A stretch of 64,000 nt of DNA from Alphaproteobacteria bacterium (GCA_965198325.1 CBDAPE010000011.1:47680-111679), one strand, 5' to 3'. Shown: positions 10,601 to 21,041, counted from the first letter of the stretch. The notes: generated by a model not told the origin, from the letters alone. Numbers and translations are program-made.

Positions 10601-11134
10601 TCAGCCGCCAGCCAGGCGCTCGCGGTATTCCTGTCCGAGGCGAACATAGTGCGCGACGGACTCCGTAATTTAGGTGGCCTCCACCCCGGTCAGCGCGCGC
10701 AGCCGACTGGCAGGCTTGCCGCCCCAGATCTCCCCCGCGGGCACGCGCTTATCGCGCGTGACCAACGCGTCGGCCGCGACCATCGCACCGCTCTCGACGA
10801 CCGCGTGATCCATGACCGTCGCTCCCATGCCGACGAAGCTGCCGGGTTCGAGCGTGCAGGCGTGGATCAGCGCCCGGTGGCCGATCATGGCCCCCGCGCC
10901 GATCACCGTCGGCCCGTTCTTGCGGCTGACATGGACGATTGTGCCGTCCTGGATATTGGTCCGCGCGCCCACGGTAATCGAGGCGACGTCGCCCCGCAGC
11001 ACGCAGCCGAACCAGATTCCGGCTTCCGCCCCGATCTCCACATCGCCGATGATCACCGCTCCCGGCGCGATGAAGGCGAACGGATCGATGCGCGGCATGG
11101 CATCGCGAAAGGGTACGATGATGGCGTCGCTCAC
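10601..11134 (-). pseudogene. Gamma carbonic anhydrase family protein with internal TAA at 10670-10672
   Basis: Hexapeptide repeats, LRGD, NIQD, three His ligands; after TAA the same frame reads ITESVAHYVRLGQEYRERLAGG*, the conserved C-terminal helix. Confidence 0.8.
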
Positions 11135-12177
11135 GGAAACAGGGGCTCCTGTTCGAGCCCTGTGGCCTCGGCGAGGCCGAACTGGAGGTTCATGTTCTGC
11201 ACCGCCTGGCCGGATGCGCCCTTGACCAGGTTATCGATCACCGAAATCAGGATGGCCCGGCCCGCAAGTCGATCCGCAAAGACCCCGATCAGGCAGTGGT
11301 TCGAACCCCGGACATGGCGGGTCGCCGGCATCACGCCTTCCGGCACGACACGGACGAACGGCTCTGCCGCGAACCGATCCGACAGATGAGCCCGGAGGAC
11401 GTTCGCGTCCGCAGCCTTGGCGAGCCGGACGTATGCCGTCGCCAGGATACCCCGGCTCATGGGCATGAGATGGGGCGTGAAATTGACGGTCACGGAGCGG
11501 CCAGCCGCGGCGCTCAACCCCTGTTCGATTTCCGGCGCGTGCCGGTGCGAGGCGACACCGTAGGCGTGGATACCCTCGGTTACTTCAGCGAAGAGATTGG
11601 CCTCCTTGGCTCCCCGCCCGGCGCCCGAAACGCCGGATTTTGCATCGACGATGATCTCGTCGGCCTCGATCAGGCCCGCCTCGATGAGGGGCACGAGAGG
11701 AAGCTGCGCCGAGGTGGGATAACAGCCCGGGTTGGCCACGAGCCGTGCTTTCGAGACTGCCTCGCGGGTGAATTCGGCGAGGCCGTATACGGCGCTCGCC
11801 TGCAGCTCGGGCGCCGCGTGGGCGCGGCCATACCATTCGGCGTAGGTCTCGACGTCGGCGAGCCGAAAATCGGCCGACAGATCGACGATCTTGAGGTGTT
11901 CCGGCAGCGCGGCAATGACTTCCTGGGTGGTGCCGTGGGGCAGCGCACAGAACACCGCGTCGATGCCGCCGTAATCAGCCTCCTCTAGCGCGACCAGATC
12001 CGGCAGGGAAAGCCCGGCCAGATGGGGAAACACGTCGCCGATCCCGGCGCCTGCGCGACGATCCGCAGTAAGCAGGCCGATCTCGACCTGAGGATGGCGC
12101 GCGAGCAGGCGGACGAGTTCCGCGCCCGTATAACCGCTCGCACCCAGGATCGCCGCTCTCACCGTGTTCGTCGCCAT
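11131..12177 (-). CDS. argC: N-acetyl-gamma-glutamyl-phosphate reductase
   Basis: GASGYTG, ALPHG, DLSADFR, ANPGCYPT, SGVSGAG, DNLVKGASGQAVQNMN. Confidence 0.97.
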   Translation of the reverse strand: MATNTVRAAILGASGYTGAELVRLLARHPQVEIGLLTADRRAGAGIGDVFPHLAGLSLPDLVALEEADYGGIDAVFCALPHGTTQEVIAALPEHLKIVDLSADFRLADVETYAEWYGRAHAAPELQASAVYGLAEFTREAVSKARLVANPGCYPTSAQLPLVPLIEAGLIEADEIIVDAKSGVSGAGRGAKEANLFAEVTEGIHAYGVASHRHAPEIEQGLSAAAGRSVTVNFTPHLMPMSRGILATAYVRLAKAADANVLRAHLSDRFAAEPFVRVVPEGVMPATRHVRGSNHCLIGVFADRLAGRAILISVIDNLVKGASGQAVQNMNLQFGLAEATGLEQEPLFP

Positions 12178-12322
12178 GAACTGGCCCTCGTCATTCGTTC
12201 GGGAAGTCTAGAGCGCTTCCGCTTCCATCGAAACCGCTCTCTAATGAATTTGTCGCTCTCAGAAGCCGCTCGGATGATCCGCGCTCCTCTCGGGTGCGCT
12301 CCGTGCCCGGGGGAGCCGCCAG

Positions 12323-12348
12323 AAAAAAGGCGCCCGGTCGGGCGCCTT
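12323..12348 (-). terminator. Intrinsic terminator of rplM-rpsI
   Basis: Minus-strand hairpin GGCGCCC-GACC-GGGCGCC followed by TTTTTT. Confidence 0.8.
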
Positions 12349-12376
12349 GCTCGGGTCGCAGGACCGGGGTCGCGCG

Positions 12377-12916
12377 TCAGCGCTTCGAGAACTGGAAGCT
12401 TCGTCGCGCCTTCGCCTTGCCGTACTTCTTGCGCTCGACCACGCGAGAATCGCGGGTCAGGAAGCCGCCGCGCTTGAGCACGGGTCGAAGTTCCGGCTCG
12501 TAGAGCGAGAGTGCCTTCGAAATCCCGTGGCGTACGGCACCCGCCTGGCCCGACAGGCCGCCGCCCTTGACCGTGCAAGTGACGTCGAACTGCTCGGCCC
12601 GGTTAGCGGCCTCGAACGGCTGATGAATGATCATGCGCAGCACGGGGCGCGCGAAAAAAATCGTCTCGTCCCGGCCGTTGACCGTGATCTTGCCTTTGCC
12701 TGGCGCAATCCACACCCGGGCGACCGCTTCCTTGCGCTTGCCCGTGGCATAAGAGCGGCCATGCTCATCGCGCTTGGGCTCCATGAGCACAGGCAAGGCG
12801 GTGGCCTCGGGTACGGCTTCGGCGGGAAGAACCGGATTGTCCGGCGCAGCGCCGTCCGCCGGCGCGGCGGGTGGTGCATCGGACGTCTCGGCCGAAATCC
12901 CAGGTTTGTCGGCCAT
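12377..12916 (-). CDS. rpsI: 30S ribosomal protein S9
   Basis: [36 protein letters not shown]...FQFSKR. Confidence 0.98.
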   Translation of the reverse strand: MADKPGISAETSDAPPAAPADGAAPDNPVLPAEAVPEATALPVLMEPKRDEHGRSYATGKRKEAVARVWIAPGKGKITVNGRDETIFFARPVLRMIIHQPFEAANRAEQFDVTCTVKGGGLSGQAGAVRHGISKALSLYEPELRPVLKRGGFLTRDSRVVERKKYGKAKARRSFQFSKR

Positions 12917-12921
12917 AAGGG

Positions 12922-13383
12922 TCAGCTCCTCTTATTTTTCGGATTCATCCCGGCGACGTCCAGCGTCTGGGGAACCTGGGCCTCGTGGGGATGCTCGGGG
13001 CCGCAATAAACTTTCAGGTTCTTCAACTGTCTGCGGCCCAGTGGCCCTTTCGGAATCATTCGCTCGATCGCCTTCATGACGACCTGCTCGGGCCGGGGGC
13101 TGGCCATTATTCTTTCCGGCGTCGTGCTCTTGATGCCACCGGGATAACCGGTGTGACGGTAATAAACCTTCTCGGTGCGCTTCTTGCCGGTCAACGCGAC
13201 CTTCTCGGCGTTGACGATGATGATGTTATCGCCGCAATCCATGTTGGGCGTGTAGGTGGGCTTGTGTTTGCCCCGTAGCCGGGTCGCCGCGAGCGCCGCG
13301 AGACGTCCCAGAACGACACCGTCGGCGTCGATCAGCAGCCACTTCTTGTCGATCTCGGCCGGCTTGGCGGAATAGGTCTTCAT
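12922..13383 (-). CDS. rplM: 50S ribosomal protein L13
   Basis: [33 protein letters not shown]. Confidence 0.98.
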   Translation of the reverse strand: MKTYSAKPAEIDKKWLLIDADGVVLGRLAALAATRLRGKHKPTYTPNMDCGDNIIIVNAEKVALTGKKRTEKVYYRHTGYPGGIKSTTPERIMASPRPEQVVMKAIERMIPKGPLGRRQLKNLKVYCGPEHPHEAQVPQTLDVAGMNPKNKRS

Positions 13384-13610
13384 CGCAATATTGTCCTGGG
13401 CTGGAATTAGAGCGGCTCGGTGCTCGGAACGGTCGCGGAGTATCGCACAGTTTTTATCCCAGTCAAGCCTGAAAGCCGCTCTCAGTAAAGATTTCAGAGC
13501 CGGTACTATAATACCGGCGACGGCGTTCCGAGTCTGGCATGCCGAGCGCTCCCGGTGCTATAGTCTGCCGCCGTCACGGCCCGAACGGTCGCAATCCGAG
13601 GACATTCGCC

Positions 13611-14393
13611 ATGGTCGATCTACCCCTGCTTCTGCGCGCTGACGCGAGCGGTATCGCGACTCTAACGCTCAACCGCCCGGAGGCGCGTAACGCCCTGTCG
13701 ACGGCCTTGATGAGCGAGATCGAAGCGGAGCTCGAACGGCTGGCAACGGACGAGACGGTCAAGGTCCTGGTCATCGCGGGTAACGGCCCCGGGTTTTGCG
13801 CCGGCCACGACCTCAAGGAAATTCGAGCCAATCCGGGCCGCCAGTACTACGAAGAACTGTTCGCCCAGTGCAGCAGGATGATGCTCGCGATCGTGCGCCT
13901 GCCCAAGCCGGTGATCGCGAAGGTCCACGGGATCGCCACGGCGGCCGGTTGCCAGCTGGTGGCGACATGCGATCTCGCGATTGCGGCGGACGATGCGCGC
14001 TTCGCCACGCCGGGCGTGCATATCGGCCTGTTCTGCTCGACCCCGATGGTCGCGCTCTCGCGCAACGTGGGACGCAAGCAGGCCATGGAGATGCTGCTCA
14101 CGGGCGAAATGATCGACGCCCGGCAGGCCGTTGAGGCGGGCCTCATCAACCGTGCGGTGCCGGCCGCCGGGCTCGACGCCGCGGTTGACGAGATGGCCGT
14201 AAAAATCGCCTCGAAGTCGCCACTCTCGCTTGCCATCGGCAAGGAAGCCTTTTACCGTCAGCGCGAACTTCCCCTCGCCGAAGCCTATGACTATGCGAAC
14301 GGGGTGATGACCACGAACATGCTTGCGCGTGACGCCGAGGAAGGCATCGACGCTTTTCTTGAGAAGCGCACCCCCGTCTGGGAAGGGAGATAG
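13611..14393 (+). CDS. Enoyl-CoA hydratase
   Basis: LNRPEARNAL, FCAGHDLKE, ATAAGCQLVATCD, GLFCSTP. Confidence 0.92.
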   Translation: MVDLPLLLRADASGIATLTLNRPEARNALSTALMSEIEAELERLATDETVKVLVIAGNGPGFCAGHDLKEIRANPGRQYYEELFAQCSRMMLAIVRLPKPVIAKVHGIATAAGCQLVATCDLAIAADDARFATPGVHIGLFCSTPMVALSRNVGRKQAMEMLLTGEMIDARQAVEAGLINRAVPAAGLDAAVDEMAVKIASKSPLSLAIGKEAFYRQRELPLAEAYDYANGVMTTNMLARDAEEGIDAFLEKRTPVWEGR

Positions 14394-14394
14394 A

Positions 14395-15096
14395 ATGGCC
14401 CGGAAAGCAACGAAAGGGCGCACCCGGAAGGCTGCGTCCGCCACGCGGGCGCACAAGACCGCCGCCAAGGTTGCGGCCGTGACACGGGCCCGCCAGCAGG
14501 CGGCGGCCAAGGGCAACCCCAAGACCCGGGTCAGCCGGCGTGCCGCCAAGCCAGCAGCGAAGCGGCCCGCGGGCAGTCGCCGTCCGGCCCGGCTCGGCAA
14601 GCACGAGTGGTATTCCGACAGCCACATTCGCGGCATCTTGAAAAACGTGCACTCGATCGCATTCGTAGGCGCCAGCACCCGCTGGCTTAGGCCGTCCTAT
14701 TACGCGATGAAATATCTCCAGAAAAAGGGCTTCAAGATCATTCCGATCAATCCGGCGCGGGGCGGCGATACGGTGCTGGGCGAACCGGTCTATGCCAGCC
14801 TGAAGGACGTGCCCGGCGACATCGACATGGTCGATATCTTCCGCACATCGGAGGAAGCCGGCGGCATCGCCGACGCAGCCATCACGGTCGCCAAGGATAA
14901 AAACGTCAAGGTGCTGTGGATGCAGCTCGGCGTGCGCGACGACGAGGCGGCGGTGCGCGCCGAGACGGCGGGCCTGACGGTGATCATGAACCGCTGTCCG
15001 AAGATCGAATACGGCCGACTCTCAGGCGAACTCTCGACAGCCGGCATCAACTCGCGGATCGTGACCGCCAAGACCGTAAGGGGCCCCAAGGCATGA
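14395..15096 (+). CDS. CoA-binding protein (YccU-like) with ~65-aa Lys/Arg/Ala-rich N-terminal extension
   Basis: IAFVGAS, PINP, DMVDIFR, LWMQLGV, MNRCPKIE; ATG immediately after the upstream stop. Confidence 0.9.
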   Translation: MARKATKGRTRKAASATRAHKTAAKVAAVTRARQQAAAKGNPKTRVSRRAAKPAAKRPAGSRRPARLGKHEWYSDSHIRGILKNVHSIAFVGASTRWLRPSYYAMKYLQKKGFKIIPINPARGGDTVLGEPVYASLKDVPGDIDMVDIFRTSEEAGGIADAAITVAKDKNVKVLWMQLGVRDDEAAVRAETAGLTVIMNRCPKIEYGRLSGELSTAGINSRIVTAKTVRGPKA

Positions 15097-16550
15097 GCAA
15101 GACGACGAAACGCAAACCCGCGGGCAAGCGCCCGGCTCGAAAGGCCGGCGTGCGCAGCACCGCAACAAAGACTGCCGCGCCGAAGACCGCGCGCAAACCG
15201 GCGGCGAAAAAGCACAAGGTTTCGGCCGGGGTGAAGACCTCGGAAGAGCTGCTTGAAAACGCGTATGTGGGCTGGCCCGAGCCCGGCTTCGAGACCCTCG
15301 CCGTCCACGCCGGCGCGCGGCCCGACCCGACGACCCAGGCGCGCTCGGTGCCGATCTATCAGACGACCTCCTACGTCTTCGACGATTCCGATCACGCCGC
15401 CTCGCTGTTCAACCTGCAGACCTTCGGCTTCGTCTATTCGCGCATGACCAACCCGACCGTCGCCGTGCTCGAGGAGCGCATTGCGGCTCTCGAGAACGGT
15501 CGCGGCGCGGTGGCGACTTCGTCGGGCCACGCGGCCCAATTCATCACCTGCGCAACCCTGATGGAGAGTGGCGATCACATCGTCGCTTCGCGCAACCTCT
15601 ATGGCGGCTCGGTCACCCAGATGGGAATCAGCTACAAGCGGCTGGGCTGGAACTGCACCTTCGTGGATCCGAGGAAACCGAGGAACTTCGAGAAGGCGAT
15701 TACGTCCAAGACGAAAGCGCTGTTCTGCGAGAACCTCGCCAACCCCGGCGGCATCGTGCTCGACATCGAGGCGATCTCGGCGGTTGCCAAGAAGCATCAC
15801 ATTCCGCTGATCTGCGATAACACCCTCGCCTCGCCCTATCTGTGCCGCCCGCTCGACTGGGGCGCGGACCTGGTGATCCACTCGACCACCAAGTTCATCG
15901 GCGGCCACGGCAACGTGATGGGCGGCATCGTCGTCGAATCCGGACGCTTCGACTGGCGCCGCGACGACAAGTTCCCCGCGCTGTCCGCGCCCGACGAGGC
16001 CTATCACGGGCTGATCTTCGGCGAGACCTTCGGCGATTTCGGCTTCACCATGAAGACCCGCGCCGTCGCGCTTCGCGACTTCGGCCCGACGCTGGCGCCG
16101 ATGTCGGCCTTCCTGCTGCTCCAGGGCGTCGAGACCCTGCCGCTCCGCATGCAGCGCCATTGCGACAATGCCCAAGCGGTCGCCGAATGGCTGGAGAAAC
16201 ACCCCAAGGTAGAGTGGGTCTCCTATGCCGGGCTGAAATCGAGCCCCTATCGCAAGCTCGCCAAAAAGTATCTGCCCAAGGGCTGCGGCGCCGTACTGAC
16301 CTTCAAGGTCAGGGGCGGCATGGAGGCTGGCGAGAAGACGGTCGATAATGTCGAGATGTTCTCGCATCTCGCCAATATCGGCGACACCAAGAGCCTGATC
16401 ATCCACCCCGCCTCGACGACCCACCGCCAGCTCACCACCGAGCAGCAAATCGGCGCAGGCGCGGCGCCGGGAATCGTGCGGCTTTCGGTAGGCATCGAAT
16501 CGATCGACGACATCATTGCCGACCTCGACCAGTCACTGGCGACGATCTAA
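15093..16550 (+). CDS. metY: O-acetylhomoserine aminocarboxypropyltransferase with basic N-terminal extension
   Basis: FETLAVHAG, PIYQTTSYVF, YSRMTNPT, PLP lysine HSTTKFIGGHG, HLANIGDTKSLIIHPASTTH; ATGA overlap with upstream gene. Confidence 0.93.
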   Translation: MSKTTKRKPAGKRPARKAGVRSTATKTAAPKTARKPAAKKHKVSAGVKTSEELLENAYVGWPEPGFETLAVHAGARPDPTTQARSVPIYQTTSYVFDDSDHAASLFNLQTFGFVYSRMTNPTVAVLEERIAALENGRGAVATSSGHAAQFITCATLMESGDHIVASRNLYGGSVTQMGISYKRLGWNCTFVDPRKPRNFEKAITSKTKALFCENLANPGGIVLDIEAISAVAKKHHIPLICDNTLASPYLCRPLDWGADLVIHSTTKFIGGHGNVMGGIVVESGRFDWRRDDKFPALSAPDEAYHGLIFGETFGDFGFTMKTRAVALRDFGPTLAPMSAFLLLQGVETLPLRMQRHCDNAQAVAEWLEKHPKVEWVSYAGLKSSPYRKLAKKYLPKGCGAVLTFKVRGGMEAGEKTVDNVEMFSHLANIGDTKSLIIHPASTTHRQLTTEQQIGAGAAPGIVRLSVGIESIDDIIADLDQSLATI

Positions 16551-16574
16551 AGGGCATCGCGTTTCGGTAATAGA

Positions 16575-16607
16575 GCGGCCGCCGGGAGACCGGCTGCCGT
16601 TATTTTT
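16575..16607 (+). terminator. Intrinsic terminator after metY
   Basis: GCGGCCGCCGG-GAGA-CCGGCTGCCGT followed by TATTTTT. Confidence 0.7.
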
Positions 16608-16678
16608 CGACGGGCCAAGCCGATTCCCCTCTAATGTCACACGAGCGAGCTTTACGCTTCGAGGGAGAGATTGAGTCG

Positions 16679-18841
16679 ATGGCCCGTGACCCCCGTTACG
16701 ACATTCTGTTCGAACCGGTCAAATTCGGCCCGAAGACGACCCGCAACCGCTTCTTTCAGGTGCCCCATTGCAACGGGGCGGGCTCCGGAAACCCCGCGAC
16801 CCAGGCAAAGTTCCGTGGGATGAAGGCCGAAGGCGGCTGGGGCGTGGTGTGCGTCGAGTACAGTCCGATCCATCCCGAGGCGGACCGCGCGCCCTATACC
16901 GGCGGCGACATTTACGACGAGGTCGACGCGGAGAACCTGGGCCACACCGCGCGGGAGGCGCAAAAGCACGGCTCGCTCGCCGGAATTCAACTCTGGTACG
17001 GGGGCATGCAGTCGCCGTTGCTGGGCTCCCAGGCGATCCCCCGCGGGCCGGGCGAAATGATCTCTCCGACCTACCACTACAGTTACTGCTACGCCTGTGA
17101 CGAGGACGACATCATCGAACTCATCGGCATGTACGCCGAGGCGGCCCGGCGCGCCCAGGCGGTCGGATTCGACTATATCGAGGTTCTCGGCTCGGATACC
17201 GCGACGCCGCTCCAGTTCCTGATGGCCCAATACAACCAGCGGACCGATAAGTACGGCGGCTCGCTCGAAAACCGCGCACGCTTCTGGATCGAGCTGATGA
17301 CCGCGATCAAGGGGGCGGTGGGCGAAGACTGCGCCGTGGGCACGCGCCTGGCAAGCGACCACATGATCGGGCCCGACGGGCTGGAACTCGACGAGGCCCT
17401 GAAATTCGTCGAGCTCATGGACCGGGAAGGGGTTTGCGATCTTTGGAACATCACGATCGCCTGCTTTGCAGAGTGGGGAAACGGGTTCACCACCGGCCCG
17501 TCACGCTTTTACAAGTCGGGCCATCAGAGCTGGGCGGGAGCGGCGGTCAAGAGCGTGGCGAAAGTGCCCGTCGTCGGCATCGGCCGACTGACGGCGCCCG
17601 ACGACATGCTCGCCGTCATCCAGAATGGCCAAGCCGATTTCATCGGCGCGGCACGCCCCTCGATCGCCGACCCGTTCCTCCCCAAAAAGATCGAGGAGGG
17701 CCGCAACGACGACATCCGCGAATGCATCGGCTGCAACATGTGCATCTCTCGCTGGGAACAGGGCGCGCCGCTGGTCTGCGCCCAGAACGCGACCTCGATG
17801 GAGGAATACCGGCGGGGCTGGCACCCCGAGGTGTTCGAGAAGACCAAGACGCCCTGCGCGGTGCTCGTCGTCGGCGCCGGGCCCGCCGGGCTCGAGCGCG
17901 CCCGGATTCTGGGGATGCGCGGCTACGACGTGCACCTGCGCGAGGCGGCCGGCGAGGTGGGCGGACATATGCGCGATGTCATGCGCTATCCGGGACTCGC
18001 CGAATGGGGCCGGGTCGTCACCTACCGCCGGGGTCAGATCGACAAGCTCGAGACTGTCGAGATCCACACGGGCGTCGGCGAAATGACCGCGGATGACGTG
18101 CTCGCCTACGGTGCGGAAAAGGTTGTGATTGCCGTGGGTGCCCGCTGGCGGAACGATGGACTTGCGGGCGTGAGCAACGCGCCCATCGAGGGGGTCGACG
18201 GGTCGCACCCCGAATTCTGCACGCCCGATCAGGTGATGGCCGGCAAGGAGGTGGGCGAGCGCGTCGTCGTGTTCGACGCCGACGGCTATTTCCACGGCGT
18301 GGGCATGGCCGAGCTTCTGGCGGACCGGGGCAAGCAGGTTTCGATCGTCACACCATTCGCAGTGGTTGCACCCTATACGGAATACACTCTCGAGGCGTCC
18401 AACCTGCACCGCGTGCTCCGGGAGAAGAATATCGCGCTTCATCCGCTTCACTGGGTCGACAGCGTCGAGGCGGGCAACCGTCTTACGGTGCGGATGTTCG
18501 ATCTTTATCGCGACGGCTCCAAGGTCACGATGCCGCCCAAGACCGGTGAATTTCCCCGGAGCAAGAGCGACCAGGTGACGGAAATCTCCTGCGATAGCGT
18601 GGTGTTGGTGACGTCGCGGACCTCAAACAATGCGCTCTACGACGAGCTCAAGAGCCGGCGGGCGGACTGGAAAGACTATGACGTGGAGGCGGTCTATCGG
18701 GTCGGCGATTGCCACACGCCCCGCTTCACCCAGCTTGCCATCTTCGAGGGTCACCGCCTCGCCCGCGAATTCGAATCGGAAAACCCGCAACGGCCCCTGC
18801 CCTACAAGCGGGAGCGGCCGCGCTGGGACGGTGTTTCGTAA
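16679..18841 (+). CDS. Trimethylamine/dimethylamine/histamine dehydrogenase-family flavoprotein (OYE barrel, 4Fe-4S, ADP domain)
   Basis: MARDPRYDILFEP...FQVPHC (covalent FMN Cys), KAEGGW, CIGCNMC-x11-C, EEYRRGWHPE, GAGPAG. Confidence 0.88.
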   Translation: MARDPRYDILFEPVKFGPKTTRNRFFQVPHCNGAGSGNPATQAKFRGMKAEGGWGVVCVEYSPIHPEADRAPYTGGDIYDEVDAENLGHTAREAQKHGSLAGIQLWYGGMQSPLLGSQAIPRGPGEMISPTYHYSYCYACDEDDIIELIGMYAEAARRAQAVGFDYIEVLGSDTATPLQFLMAQYNQRTDKYGGSLENRARFWIELMTAIKGAVGEDCAVGTRLASDHMIGPDGLELDEALKFVELMDREGVCDLWNITIACFAEWGNGFTTGPSRFYKSGHQSWAGAAVKSVAKVPVVGIGRLTAPDDMLAVIQNGQADFIGAARPSIADPFLPKKIEEGRNDDIRECIGCNMCISRWEQGAPLVCAQNATSMEEYRRGWHPEVFEKTKTPCAVLVVGAGPAGLERARILGMRGYDVHLREAAGEVGGHMRDVMRYPGLAEWGRVVTYRRGQIDKLETVEIHTGVGEMTADDVLAYGAEKVVIAVGARWRNDGLAGVSNAPIEGVDGSHPEFCTPDQVMAGKEVGERVVVFDADGYFHGVGMAELLADRGKQVSIVTPFAVVAPYTEYTLEASNLHRVLREKNIALHPLHWVDSVEAGNRLTVRMFDLYRDGSKVTMPPKTGEFPRSKSDQVTEISCDSVVLVTSRTSNNALYDELKSRRADWKDYDVEAVYRVGDCHTPRFTQLAIFEGHRLAREFESENPQRPLPYKRERPRWDGVS

Positions 18842-18874
18842 GGCGACGATCGGGGGCGACGGGCGCAGGCCGGG

Positions 18875-19383
18875 TCAGTCGACGAACGAGAGCGCGCGCT
18901 TGAGCCAACCGTTCAGGAAGCGGGTCTGCGTCGGATTGTTGGCGACGATCCGGCCAAGCCGCCGTGCCCGCAGCACAGCCAGGCGATTGCCGAGCGCACG
19001 GGCGTCCGCGCGGTTACGGCATTAAGGGATTTAGGGCCGATAATGCCGTCGGGCGCGGCGCTGGCCGCGCGTTGGAGATCCCTGGCGGCGGTGCCGGGGC
19101 CGGAATTCACACCGTAATCGACAACCTGCCCACGCAAGTCCGCGTCCTTGATGCGGTCGAAGCGGGGAGCCAGAATATAGCGCGCGCGATAGATCTCTTT
19201 CGCTTCGGGCTTCGTGAGCGCGCGGACGTCGTCGACGGTTACGGTCGTGCTCCGCCATTTGCGCAAGACCCCGATCGTGATGCCGTATTTGGTCGCGCCG
19301 CCGCGATCCGCCGGATCGTTCACGAAACCGCCCTCGCGCCGGATGATCTCGTCGAGAATGACATCGAAGCCGGCGTCGGGCAT
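18875..19383 (-). pseudogene. Glycoside hydrolase family 108 (lysozyme) with peptidoglycan-binding domain, 1-bp deletion near 19006
   Basis: EGGFVNDPADRGGATKYGIT, VNSG, DGIIGPK; shifted frame gives the C-terminal FLNGWLKR motif and a stop at 18875. Confidence 0.8.
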
Positions 19384-19389
19384 GGCCGC

Positions 19390-19710
19390 CTACTCCACCG
19401 CCGTCGATGCGGTAATCCAGGCGAGATAGCCTTCGTCGCCGCCGTCGACCTTGAGGCTCAGGATGCCCGGCTGTTCGTAGCTGTGATGTTTTCGGATGAA
19501 GCCGATGGCGTCGGCTACCCGCTCGAGAGTTGTCTTGGCGATAAGCTGAACCTCCGTCGTGTCGTGGACCGCCTCCTCCCAGCGATAGAACGACTGGAGG
19601 CCGGGGACGATGTTGACCGAGGCTGCGAGCCTGCTTTCGACGAGCTTCCGGCCGATGATGCGCGCCTCGTCTTCGCTGGCGCAATTTGCAATAACCAGCC
19701 GGGCCTCCAT
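19390..19710 (-). CDS. cutA: Divalent-cation tolerance protein CutA
   Basis: LVESRLAASVNI, SFYRWE, IAKT, HSYEQP, YLAWI. Confidence 0.9.
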   Translation of the reverse strand: MEARLVIANCASEDEARIIGRKLVESRLAASVNIVPGLQSFYRWEEAVHDTTEVQLIAKTTLERVADAIGFIRKHHSYEQPGILSLKVDGGDEGYLAWITASTAVE

Positions 19711-19721
19711 GAGCCCCCCTT

Positions 19722-21030
19722 CTACGGCTTGACATTCTCCAGCGTACACCATTCCGCGACGAACAGTGCGATGCTGCCGGTGATCCGTTTGAGCGACGCC
19801 AGGCTGACCCGCTCGTCGAAGGCATGGATGTCCTTGGAGATCGGGCCGTAGACCAGGCACGGGCAATCGTCGTAGAGCACGAAGACCCGGCCGTCGAGAT
19901 AGCCGGGGGTGACGAAGGATTCGAGTGCGGCACCGAAGCTCGCAGCGTGGGCCCGGCAGAGGGTGTCTTCCGCCTCGCTGCCCTCTTCGAGCACGTAACC
20001 CCGCGCGAAAAAGCCGTTGTAGTCCACCTCGGGGGGGTTGTTGGCGAGGAACCGATGGTTGCGGCTCGCCGCGAGCAGGCAAGCTTCGATTTCGCCGGCG
20101 GCGTCCCGGGGATCGACGCCCGGGTAGATCGCAGCCCGCACGTCCAGGGTGCACCAGGCGGGAACCGACGACGCCCAGTCACCGCCGGCGATCTTTCCGA
20201 CGTTGATGTTGATCGGGTGCTCGAGCGTTTCGAAATAGGGATAGTCGCCCGCGCGTTCGTTCCACGTTGCTTCGAGGCGCTTGAGTGCCGCCATCAGTTC
20301 GGTCGCCGCCTCGATGGCGTTGGACCCCGCCGCCGGCCTCGCGGACGTGGATTGGCCGGCTGCGGACATGGACCCTGAACCAGATCACCCCGGTATTGGC
20401 ACGAACCAGCTTGTCCTCCTCGGGTTCGGGGATAATCGCGGCCTCGGCGCGGTAGCCGCGCACCAGGCAGGAGAGCGCACCGTTGCCCGTGCATTCCTCC
20501 TCGGTCACCGACTGGAGATAGACCGGGGCGGCGGGCTGATAGCCCAGGCTACGCAACGCGTCGAGGGCGTAGATGTTGGCGACCAGCCCCGCCTTCATGT
20601 CGGCACCGCCCCGGCCATAAAGCCAGTCGCCTTCGATCCAGGGCTCGAAGGGCGGCCGGGTCCACATGTCGAGAGGGCCCGTGGGCACCACGTCGATATG
20701 GCCGTTGAGGATCAGCGAGCGCCCGGCCTCATGTTGCGGACGGTGCGTGGCGACAACGTTCACGGCGTTCTCGTAGCTCACCGCGACAGGCGAAAATCCC
20801 GGATGGTTCTCGATCTCGGAAACCTCGATCGCCCAACGGTCCATGACGTAACCACGTTCCACCAGGGCCTCGTAAACGAAGGCCTGCGCAGTCTGCTCCT
20901 GGCCCCGGAGCGAGGGGTGGCGCACCAGGCTCTGCGTGAACTCGACCTGCGCCTCGAAACCCGCCTCGACGGCGGCCAGGATCTCGCTTGCAAAAGCGCC
21001 CACGAGGGGCGTAGAGCCGGCCTCGGCCAA
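19722..21030 (-). pseudogene. ArgE/DapE-family (M20) deacylase, 1-bp insertion near 20326
   Basis: LNGHIDVVP, GRGGADMKAG, EEECTGNGA in one frame; SNAIE, GGDWASSVP, IHAFDERV in the next. Confidence 0.85.
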
Positions 21031-21041
21031 GGGCGCTCCGC

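Noticed and set aside
12780-12916. Pro/Ala-rich N-terminal extension of S9
   Set aside because: Variable S9 extensions are common in Alphaproteobacteria
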